Of a DNA stretch of 24,000 bases, positions 15,819 through 21,934 are shown piece by piece (position 1 is the first letter of the stretch; every line of letters starts with the position of its first letter). The translations under genes and the position numbers were made by a program. The stretch covers positions 31,630 through 55,629 of the forward strand of contig JAILZP010000011.1 of assembly GCA_023512435.1 (NCBI GenBank), given 5' to 3'. Below the pieces are notes generated by a model. It did not search any database. It worked only from the letters and a program-made list of their open reading frames with translations, and was not told where the DNA came from. Source of the stretch: Peptococcaceae bacterium (lineage in GTDB: Bacteria > Bacillota > Desulfotomaculia > Desulfotomaculales > Desulfocucumaceae).

Positions 15819-16295
15819 TTGTTCAATGTAATCTTATTTACACTGACTTTAGCCGCACTTATCTATTCATTCATAAAAGACCGGCAGAAGACACGGCAAG
15901 CACTAAAAATTGCCTATAACTCCTTCCGCAATATACTTCCCAGTATGCTTGGCATCATCGGTCTAATCGGGTTAATGCTGGCTTTGGTACCCAAGGAGAC
16001 TATTGAGGGGTTATTTGGTAACAACAGTCCGGCCGGTATATTGATCATTTCTGCTGTGGGCTCGGTGACGCTTATACCCGCCTTTATCGCTTTTCCCCTG
16101 GCGGCTTCACTACTTCAGGCAGGGGCAAGTATAATGGCGGTTTCGATCTTCATTACCACCCTGCTGATGGTCGGGGTACTTACTGCTCCTATGGAGATTC
16201 AATACTTCGGTAAAAAGTTTACCATCCTGCGGAATGTCTTCAGCCTGGCGGCGGCCCTCGGGATAGCTGTTATTATGGGGGTGGCGCTGCAGTGA
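15819..16295 (+). CDS. permease half-protein (COG0701/DUF318-like, part 1)
   Basis: 158-aa polytopic protein with a TTG start. It overlaps the next ORF by 4 nt (GTGA), which implies translational coupling. Confidence 0.65.
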   Translation: MFNVILFTLTLAALIYSFIKDRQKTRQALKIAYNSFRNILPSMLGIIGLIGLMLALVPKETIEGLFGNNSPAGILIISAVGSVTLIPAFIAFPLAASLLQAGASIMAVSIFITTLLMVGVLTAPMEIQYFGKKFTILRNVFSLAAALGIAVIMGVALQ

Positions 16296-16822
16296 AAGAG
16301 CATTTGAAAAAGTACTCTCTTTTTATGTTAATTGTAGTTATTGACTTGATACTCCGCTGGCGGGTGCCCACTGCGGGGAGCACCGCCGTCAGCAGCTCTA
16401 TTGACTACCTTGTGGAAATGCTCCTATTTATCCCCCCTGTCTTTGTCCTGGTGGGGCTTTTGGACGTCTGGGTACCGAGAAAAATTGTGGAAAAGCACGT
16501 CGGCCCTGATTCAGGCGCCAAGGGAGTGGTCATATCAATTCTGGTGGCCACCGCCGCGGCTGGACCGCTTTACGCAGGGTTCCCGGTAGCTGATGCCCTG
16601 CTTAAAAAGGGCTGCCGCCTGGCCAACGCCGTTATCTTTCTTGGAACGTGGGCAACTATAAAGATTCCCATGCTGATGATGGAGATAAAATTCATGGGCC
16701 CGTCCTTTGCCCTTACCCGTCTTATCCTTACAGTACCGGCAGTAATCATTATTGGTTACCTGGTTGAAAAGATTGTTGGAAGCGGGAAAAGACTTAAGCA
16801 AGGTAAAATGAAGCGGTGTTGA
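16292..16822 (+). CDS. permease half-protein (COG0701/DUF318-like, part 2)
   Basis: 176-aa polytopic protein. The segment GPLYAGFPVADALLKKG resembles the GxPxYxxxxxxxPxxxxLxxKG block also seen in the permease fragment at 18238-18543. Confidence 0.65.
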   Translation: MKEHLKKYSLFMLIVVIDLILRWRVPTAGSTAVSSSIDYLVEMLLFIPPVFVLVGLLDVWVPRKIVEKHVGPDSGAKGVVISILVATAAAGPLYAGFPVADALLKKGCRLANAVIFLGTWATIKIPMLMMEIKFMGPSFALTRLILTVPAVIIIGYLVEKIVGSGKRLKQGKMKRC

Positions 16823-16838
16823 TAAATAATCTTGAAGG

Positions 16839-17063
16839 CTATTTCTGGTGTTTTGCGATGATGGCCGCCCCTTTTTTAATATAGTTACAGGGTATGAACG
16901 TGAATGCCAAGTTCTTTTGCCACTGCTGACGCCGGACGCTTTTGTTCAAGCACAATACGGATCGCTTCTTCTTTAAAATGCTTGTCAAATCTCTTAATGA
17001 TGAACACCCCCTGGCTTTATTGTACCAGCCATTCCTCGTGTCCATCAAATCGGGTTATGGTCA
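16839..17063 (-). mobile_element. remnant of an IS3-family insertion sequence (left end plus frameshifted, truncated orfA HTH)
   Basis: My minus-strand translation: ...KRFDKHFKEEAIRIVLEQKRPASAVAKELGIHVHTL-stop. It continues in another frame as CNYIKKGAAI.... This is the classic IS3 OrfA HTH (LGIxxxTLxNWxKK) broken by a frameshift. The putative terminal repeat TGACCATAACCCGATTTGATGGACACG starts at 17063 and resembles IS3/IS150-type ends (TG...TGGAC) from memory. Confidence 0.5.
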
Positions 17064-17122
17064 ATGTCTGCCTGGCCACCATGGAAAATATTGCGTTTCT
17101 TAGATGTCTATGACGGATATCG

Positions 17123-17431
17123 CTATAACAATGCCTTAATTTTTATCTTTCCCTTTTGGGCTAAACGGCTAATAAAGAAAATCACGCTACCCTCGTTAAT
17201 TTTTAACTTTTCGGCAATATCACTGGTCTGGACTTCACCCTTACTTTTAATTAAAGTTAAAATTTCTTTTTCGACCTCTTCCACCCAATCTTCAAATAAG
17301 GCCCGCACTTCCGGCGTCGCGTAGCTTCCCATTTCTGCCGCCTTAGCTACTGATTCAGTCATATATTTGCACATTTCCATGGGGTTCATCCCACCCATCA
17401 TGCCGCCCATCATACCCATTTGTTCTTTCAT
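17123..17431 (-). CDS. small protein with a Met-rich N-terminus and a C-terminal winged-helix-like domain
   Basis: 102 aa. MKEQMGMMGGMMGGMNPMEMCKYM..., then ...ILTLIKSKGEVQTSDIAEKLKINEGSVIFFISRLAQKGKIKIK. Strong RBS AAGGAGGG 7 nt before the ATG. It lies 45 nt downstream of the third ArsR-family gene. Confidence 0.6.
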   Translation of the reverse strand: MKEQMGMMGGMMGGMNPMEMCKYMTESVAKAAEMGSYATPEVRALFEDWVEEVEKEILTLIKSKGEVQTSDIAEKLKINEGSVIFFISRLAQKGKIKIKALL

Positions 17432-17476
17432 TGTTATGCCCTCCTTGGTTTATTTCTTAAATCTTTTCGTATTCTT

Positions 17477-17791
17477 TTAATTTCCTCGTTTAATTCCATT
17501 ATCCCGGTTTTCTTTAATTGTGTACCTTTTAAATTCACCAAATAAATCCAACAAATCTGCCTTGTCTAACTGGTAGTAAATAAACGCCCCTTGTCGTTCG
17601 GCCTTTACAATACCCGCATCTCTTAAAGCTCTTAAATGAAAGGAAACAAGGGTTTGGGAAAGGCTTGTGGTTTCGATAATCTCAGATACAGAACGTTCAC
17701 CTTTGCCAATAGCAAGTAAAATCCTAAGGCGATTGGCATCTCCCAGAATTTTGAATAATTTAGCTAGCTGTTCTACCATCGAAAACATCAT
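17477..17791 (-). CDS. ArsR/SmtB-family transcriptional regulator (third copy, no Cys in the HTH region)
   Basis: LAKLFKILGDANRLRILLAIGKGERSVSEIIETTSLSQTLVSFHLRALRDAGIV. The start is ambiguous (ATG 17791, 17788 or 17779). The track's GTG 17806 lies within the AGAGGTG RBS. Confidence 0.8.
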   Translation of the reverse strand: MMFSMVEQLAKLFKILGDANRLRILLAIGKGERSVSEIIETTSLSQTLVSFHLRALRDAGIVKAERQGAFIYYQLDKADLLDLFGEFKRYTIKENRDNGIKRGN

Positions 17792-17846
17792 CCAAAAACA
17801 GAGCACCTCTTATAACTGATGTTAACCTATCTTAATATTAGCCTTC

Positions 17847-17871
17847 GCTCATATTAGTCTGTGCTCATATT
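17847..17871. promoter_or_regulatory. direct repeat GCTCATATT x2 upstream of the third arsR-family gene (candidate operator)
   Basis: GCTCATATT at 17847-17855 and 17863-17871 (16-nt phase). A TAATATTA palindrome lies nearby. It is 56-80 nt upstream of the start. Confidence 0.3.
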
Positions 17872-17964
17872 CTATTCACTTTCCGATTTATTGTCAAGAC
17901 CTGATTAAAATAGTTCAAAAAAATATTGCGTTCCGCCCAACGGGCGTTATTTGAAAGGGAGGCG

Positions 17965-18171
17965 TCATTTCTGCCCGTCCAGTTCAGACCTTCTGATCAG
18001 GTAGTGCTGTTCAGGGGACAAGGGCATCCCGTCTTCAACAATAGTTTTACTGAAGAAGTGGCAATCCCACTGTTCAACTTCATTCTTTGGCACTGTTCTG
18101 CCGGTCAGAAAACACCTTGTTCCAATTGCATCCGGCACGGCAAGTCCGCAATCCGAACAATTGCCCATCAT
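17965..18171 (-). CDS. hypothetical Cys-rich small protein (68 aa)
   Basis: MMGNCSDCGLAVPDAIGTRCFLTGRTVPKNEVEQWDCHFF... has CxxC plus two further Cys. RBS is GGGAG, 5 nt before the ATG. A weak hairpin (CGCCC-GTT-GGGCG) and a T-run lie downstream. Confidence 0.5.
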   Translation of the reverse strand: MMGNCSDCGLAVPDAIGTRCFLTGRTVPKNEVEQWDCHFFSKTIVEDGMPLSPEQHYLIRRSELDGQK

Positions 18172-18237
18172 ATCATCTCCCGTTTTTATGGCCTATTATT
18201 CCATATTTATGATACATCCTCCAGTCAAGTCCGCTTC

Positions 18238-18543
18238 GTACCGGAAGAACTGGTGGTTAAAATCGCAGGGACGGGTAATCCCTTCGCTATTCCGGTGGCT
18301 GCCCTGATCGGTGTGCCCATGTATATCCGTGCGGAAACCATAATCCCCATCAGCGCAGTACTCCTGGATAAAGGAATGAGCATGGGCGCCGTAATGGCCC
18401 TGGTAATTGGCGGAGCGGGCGCCAGTATCCCGGAAACAATTATCCTGGCCTCCATTTTCCGTCGTGAACTGGTGATATCCTTTATCCTTGCCGTACTGGC
18501 GGTGGCTATTCTGGCCGGTTATTTCTTTGATTTAGTACTGTAA
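18238..18543 (+). pseudogene. 3' fragment (about 101 codons) of a DUF318/COG0701 permease
   Basis: VPEELVVKIAGTGNPFAIPVAALIGVPMYIRAETIIPISAVLLDKGMSMGAVMALVIGGAGASIPE... is the C-terminal third of this permease family. The upstream part of the 205-aa track ORF is non-membrane, lacks similarity, and overlaps the 68-aa gene antisense. Confidence 0.6.
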
Positions 18544-18560
18544 GGAGGGAATGTAAGATC

Positions 18561-18752
18561 ATGAACGATAAGAAAAAAGATGGCCGCAAGGGCTTTCTGG
18601 GTTTGTTCGGTAAGCCCAAAAAAGGTTGCTGCAACATGGATATAGTTGAAGTTGACGCCAAGGAAAAGCAAAAGAGAAGTCGGGGATGCTGTGACATCGA
18701 AATTCTGCCGATAAAAGATGACACGGTAGAAGCGGGCAATGATATAAAAGTC
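18561..18752 (+). pseudogene. 5' part of a GCC-motif / thioredoxin-like gene, truncated at about 18752
   Basis: AAGGAGGG RBS, then MNDKKKDGRKGFLGLFGKPKKGCCNMDIVEVDAKEKQKRSRGCCDIEILPIKDDTVEAGNDIKV. The sequence breaks exactly where ArsE-type proteins continue (IKV)LGxGCxxC. Beyond this point the opposite strand encodes an RT remnant. Confidence 0.45.
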
Positions 18753-19013
18753 CATCTTTCAAAAAGTACGGGCACGTTAGATAAAATGAAATACTGCTTC
18801 CAGCCTCTGAGTACCGGGTTAATCTCAGCTAATATGCCGTCAATGCCATGGTACAGCCTCTCCCGGAAGATGATATCACGAATACGTTGATGCAAACGGT
18901 TGTACGCCTTGTCGCCGGGTTTGATATAGAGACGCTTGATGTATCCGTTACCTAATTTGATGCTGTAGCCAACCGGGCGGTGCCAGGCAGTATCAAGTTT
19001 GATTCATCAAGAC
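18752..19013 (-). pseudogene. remnant of a group II intron reverse transcriptase/maturase (thumb/X region only)
   Basis: My minus-strand translation: IKLDTAWHRPVGYSIKLGNGYIKRLYIKPGDKAYNRLHQRIRDIIFRERLYHGIDGILAEINPVLRGWKQYFILSNVPVLFERW. The motif INPVLRGWKQYF matches the conserved LNPxxRGWxNYF of intron maturases. It is bounded by stops upstream and loses similarity after ERW. Confidence 0.6.
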
Positions 19014-19027
19014 TTTTTTGTCCAACT

Positions 19028-19079
19028 CCTGTCCGACTTTTGTCCGACACCTTGTCCGACTAGTCCCGGAAACCCGCGT
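19028..19079 (+). repeat. four to five tandem direct repeats of TTGTCCGAC with 11-12 nt phasing
   Basis: TTGTCCAAC 19028, CTGTCCGAC 19039, TTGTCCGAC 19050, TTGTCCGAC 19062, degenerate TAGTCCCGG 19071. An inverted GTCGGAC copy lies at 19291-19297, on the other side of the tRNA. Confidence 0.8.
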
Positions 19080-19128
19080 AAATCAAGGGGTACTTGCGGA
19101 ACCATCGGCCTGGCTTCCGCAAAATATT

Positions 19129-19169
19129 AATGCCCGCAAACCCTTGATTTCAGCGGCTTCGCGGGCATT
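19129..19169 (-). terminator. hairpin downstream of the tRNA 3' end
   Basis: AATGCCCGC (19129-19137) pairs with GCGGGCATT (19161-19169) around a 23-nt loop. On the minus strand it is followed by AATATTTT. The long loop makes this weak. Confidence 0.35.
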
Positions 19170-19173
19170 TTAC

Positions 19174-19248
19174 TGGTGCGCCCGGCAGGAATCGAACCTG
19201 CGCTCCCGGCTCCGGAGGCCGGCGCTCTATCCCCTGAGCTACGGGCCT
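19174..19248 (-). tRNA. tRNA-Arg (anticodon CCG), with the top two acceptor base pairs mismatched
   Basis: Hand-folded minus strand: AGGCCCG-TA-GCTC-AGGGGATA-GAGC-G-CCGGC-CTCCGGA-GCCGG-GAGC-GCAGG-TTCGATT-CCTGC-CGGGCGC-A-CCA. The D, anticodon and T arms are perfect. The acceptor pairs at 3-70 to 7-66 only (A1/C72 and G2/G71 clash). A canonical 5' end would be GCGCCCG. Confidence 0.75.
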
Positions 19249-19308
19249 AGGTTTTTCGCACTTTCCCGGCTTCAACCCCCTTTTTGAAGCGTCGGACTCC
19301 CCGGAAAT

Positions 19309-20268
19309 GTGGTGTTGGAAATGGGCCGCAGGCTCATGAAAGTCACTCCTAAAACAGACCGTCCTTGGGATGATTGCTTGAAGGAATTCCTTTTGGTGAA
19401 AGAAGCGGGTGGCCAAGCCCCGCGCACCTTGGCCGACTATCGTTATCACGTCAACCTATTCTTTAAACATCACCCTGAAGCATGGGCTAATTATAACGCG
19501 CTTCGGCAAGCAGTGCTTGAATACTTTGCCATAAGCGCAAAACTTTCTCCCACAACATACAACCTCCGGCGCAAATACCTGAAAGGTTTCTTCGCCTGGG
19601 CCGTATCGGAAGGGATTATCCCGGCCAACCCCATCGATGGGTTGAAGGCCCGTAAGACGGAGGGCCGCATCCGGCATGTCCCGGAGGATGTCCTGCAAAA
19701 GCTCCTGGAACTGCCTAACCGCTCCACTTATGCCGGACTAAGAGATTATGCCCTGCTGCTCCTGTCCCTGGATACCGGCATACGCCCCGGCGAGGCTCTA
19801 GGGCTGCTACCGGGAGACATAAATCTGCCCAGCCTGGAAGTTCGTGTCCGGGCCGATATAGCGAAAACCCGGACAAGCCGCACCTTGCCAATCAGCCAGG
19901 AAACGGCGGCGGCCATCCGAAAACTGTTCTCCGTCCGGCCCGAAGAATGGGGGAATGCCCCTGTTTTCTGCTCTGACAAAGGTAAGCCTCTAAAGGAAAA
20001 CGGCTGGCGGCAACGGCTGGACAAGTATAAAAAAAGGCTGGGTCAGGACATAAGCCCGTATGACCTGCGCCATGCCTTTGCACTTCTATACCTGCGCGGA
20101 GGTGGGGATGCTTTCCATCTCCAGCGGATGATGGGACATTCTGACATGGAAATGACAAAGCACTACCTCGAATTCACCAAGGCCGACCTGAGAGAAACAC
20201 ATTCCCAGGCCAGCCCACTGAACCGGCTCCTGCCAAAAACGCATAGAGCTAGAAAGATAAAAACCTAA
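19309..20268 (+). CDS. int: tyrosine-type site-specific integrase
   Basis: 319 aa. Carries an N-terminal SAM-like core-binding region (TLADYRYHVNLFF), a catalytic domain with LLLLSLDTGIRPGEAL (Arg I), and PYDLRHAFALLYLRGGGDAFHLQRMMGHSDMEMTKHY (HxxR ... H ... Y). The start is ambiguous (GTG 19309, ATG 19318 or ATG 19336). Confidence 0.9.
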   Translation: MVLEMGRRLMKVTPKTDRPWDDCLKEFLLVKEAGGQAPRTLADYRYHVNLFFKHHPEAWANYNALRQAVLEYFAISAKLSPTTYNLRRKYLKGFFAWAVSEGIIPANPIDGLKARKTEGRIRHVPEDVLQKLLELPNRSTYAGLRDYALLLLSLDTGIRPGEALGLLPGDINLPSLEVRVRADIAKTRTSRTLPISQETAAAIRKLFSVRPEEWGNAPVFCSDKGKPLKENGWRQRLDKYKKRLGQDISPYDLRHAFALLYLRGGGDAFHLQRMMGHSDMEMTKHYLEFTKADLRETHSQASPLNRLLPKTHRARKIKT

Positions 20269-20501
20269 TTTTGTACTGGCGTATTACCGCTAGCATTTTT
20301 CTTCTCTGCCACCCACTTCGCCAGTTGCGCCGCCGCATCTACCGCCGCTTCAGCGGCCACATATCCCATACAGGCCATGAGCACGGTATTCACCGCTTCA
20401 TCAGGTATGTCAGGGTAATAGGCTTTCAGACCGGCGACGATTGCCGCAGCCAGGGCCATGAGAAACTTCCTTGACTTCAGGCGCTCAAGCAATGGTCTCA
20501 T
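20265..20501 (-). CDS. small two-helix membrane protein (holin-like or lysis accessory)
   Basis: 78 aa with two hydrophobic segments (FLMALAAAIVAGL; VLMACMGYVAAEAAV). Its ATG overlaps the amidase stop as ATGA. Confidence 0.5.
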   Translation of the reverse strand: MRPLLERLKSRKFLMALAAAIVAGLKAYYPDIPDEAVNTVLMACMGYVAAEAAVDAAAQLAKWVAEKKNASGNTPVQN

Positions 20502-21202
20502 TGTCCTTTCACCACCTTAAGCAGATTTAGCGCAACTGCCAGCACGAACCACTTCGGCGCTGTTTCGTCCGGGTCGTGGTCTTGTGTGATTAAACCGGCT
20601 TGTTTAGCCTTTTCGATAATATCAAACTTCCATTGTTCCGGCATGGTTTGATTTCCTCCTTCTGGCAGAGCAATCCCTAAATATTCCGCAATTCCGGCAG
20701 CAATAGCCTGGGCCGCATGTTGTTGAAAATCTTCTGAAGCCAAAAGAGATTCTTCCTGCATGTTGCTAATGAATGCAATTTCAGCCAATGCCGCCGGGCA
20801 TTCGGTCAGGCGCAAAACGGCGAAATTGGCTTGTTTTACGCCCCGGTCGGCCAGCCGCAGGGCGGCCACCAAGTTTTTTTGTAGGAGAGCGGCCAGCTTT
20901 TTCCCCTCTTCGCTGCCGGGGTAAAAGTAAGTTTCCGTCCCCTGGGCTTTCGGGTTGGCGGCGCTGTTGCAGTGGATTGAGACGAAGCAATCGGCCCCCG
21001 CCTTATTCGCCACGTCTGCGCGGGGGGCAAGGTCTATGTCGTCGTCCCCCTCCCGCGTCAGGATAACTCCCGCTACGGGTTTGAGAATGCTTTTTACCTT
21101 CAGTGCCACAGCCAGGGTAACATCTTTTTCCTGCACGCCAGACTGCCCAATCGCCCCAGGGTCACGCCCACCGTGACCGAGGTCGATAACTACCTTAAAC
21201 AC
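20498..21202 (-). CDS. N-acetylmuramoyl-L-alanine amidase (Amidase_3-type endolysin)
   Basis: VVIDLGHGGRDPGAIG ... SIHCNS ... TETYF are typical of Amidase_3. I prefer the GTG at 21202 (GAGGTG 7 nt upstream) to the track start at 21217. A short C-terminal domain may bind the cell wall. Confidence 0.85.
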   Translation of the reverse strand: MFKVVIDLGHGGRDPGAIGQSGVQEKDVTLAVALKVKSILKPVAGVILTREGDDDIDLAPRADVANKAGADCFVSIHCNSAANPKAQGTETYFYPGSEEGKKLAALLQKNLVAALRLADRGVKQANFAVLRLTECPAALAEIAFISNMQEESLLASEDFQQHAAQAIAAGIAEYLGIALPEGGNQTMPEQWKFDIIEKAKQAGLITQDHDPDETAPKWFVLAVALNLLKVVKGQ

Positions 21203-21479
21203 GTTTAAGCACCTCACTTTCTAATGGCTCAGGAGCGATTTCCGTTTGCTGTTGAATTGTTTGCACCCGCTGGCTCCGGTTAAACCATATCGTTGCGCTT
21301 TCCTGGACGAAGTACCCGCCCAGGATAATGCCCAAAAGCGGTACCAATGTTTGCACCACGGCCAGGGCGTCCTTGCTGCTCAATGCCTTCCAGCAGAAAA
21401 ATAAAAAAGTGCCGCTAAAGCCGACGGCAAGCAGGTCTTTGAAGCTAAACTCATATGGTCGGCTGAAAAAATTCTTCAT
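21195..21479 (-). CDS. putative holin (two TM segments)
   Basis: I place the start at MKNFFSRP... (ATG 21479, 5 nt after the upstream stop). TM segments are LLAVGFSGTFLFFCW and LVPLLGIILGGYF. It lies immediately upstream of and overlaps the amidase gene. Confidence 0.5.
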   Translation of the reverse strand: MKNFFSRPYEFSFKDLLAVGFSGTFLFFCWKALSSKDALAVVQTLVPLLGIILGGYFVQESATIWFNRSQRVQTIQQQTEIAPEPLESEVLKRV

Positions 21480-21483
21480 CCTA

Positions 21484-21723
21484 TCACCGCCTTGCCCGCT
21501 CCAGTAGCTCGTCAATCTTTGCCTCCTGGCGGGTAAGGCTTATCTGAATAGCCTGCACCACAGCCGTCACTTGCTCCAAGGCTTTTGTGTTATTCTGGAT
21601 CACCTCTGCCAGTTCATCATTTCTTCGCCCATCAAAATAGCGGGCCACCACAAATATCAGGCCCGCTACAGCGAAAAAGCCTACCCCATATTGTGCAACC
21701 TCTGCCCAAGGCAATGATACCAC
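21484..21723 (-). CDS. membrane-anchored coiled-coil protein (same position as XhlA in the PBSX lysis module)
   Basis: 79 aa with an N-terminal TM (YGVGFFAVAGLIFVV) and then a heptad-like helix. It is the first gene of the lysis cluster. The start is ambiguous (GTG 21723 or TTG 21714). Confidence 0.4.
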   Translation of the reverse strand: MVSLPWAEVAQYGVGFFAVAGLIFVVARYFDGRRNDELAEVIQNNTKALEQVTAVVQAIQISLTRQEAKIDELLERARR

Positions 21724-21730
21724 CCCCCAG

Positions 21731-21758
21731 CAAAACTAAAGCCGCCTACTTCGGCGGC
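21731..21758 (-). terminator. hairpin plus T-rich tail between the tail and lysis modules
   Basis: Minus strand: GCCGCC-GAAGTA-GGCGGC, then TTTAGTTTTG. It overlaps the stop codon of the 62-aa ORF. Confidence 0.4.
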
Positions 21759-21934
21759 ATGAGGTCTAGTATCTCGATTACCACGTCCAGCTTGGCGTCC
21801 ATGTCTTCCAGCTTTAGCTGGCCCTTCGCCTTCTTCTCGGCGAGGGCGGCGAGTTTGGCCTGGAACTGTTTTCGTTTCTCTATCTTGGGGTCGGCAAAGA
21901 CTACTTTGTTACCGTTAACCTGCTTCAACCGCAT
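21746..21934 (-). CDS. small charged phage protein (62 aa)
   Basis: Lys/Glu-rich helical ORF packed between phage genes. No motif recognised. Confidence 0.4.
   Translation of the reverse strand: MRLKQVNGNKVVFADPKIEKRKQFQAKLAALAEKKAKGQLKLEDMDAKLDVVIEILDLMPPK

Noticed and set aside
17926-18237. 5' two-thirds of the 205-aa plus-strand ORF
   Set aside because: Permease similarity covers only the last about 101 codons. The upstream part is non-membrane, lacks an RBS, and overlaps antisense the better-supported 68-aa gene.
18506-18895. 129-aa minus ORF and 109-aa plus ORF (18561-18890) taken at face value as two overlapping genes
   Set aside because: Each is a chimera. The minus ORF is RT-like only above about 18752, and the plus ORF is gene-like only below about 18752. 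They are read as two truncated fragments meeting at a junction.
19018-19287. 89-aa plus-strand ORF
   Set aside because: It is the antisense translation of the repeat array and the tRNA gene (the YWCARQESNLR-type peptide is a classic tRNA-antisense artefact).
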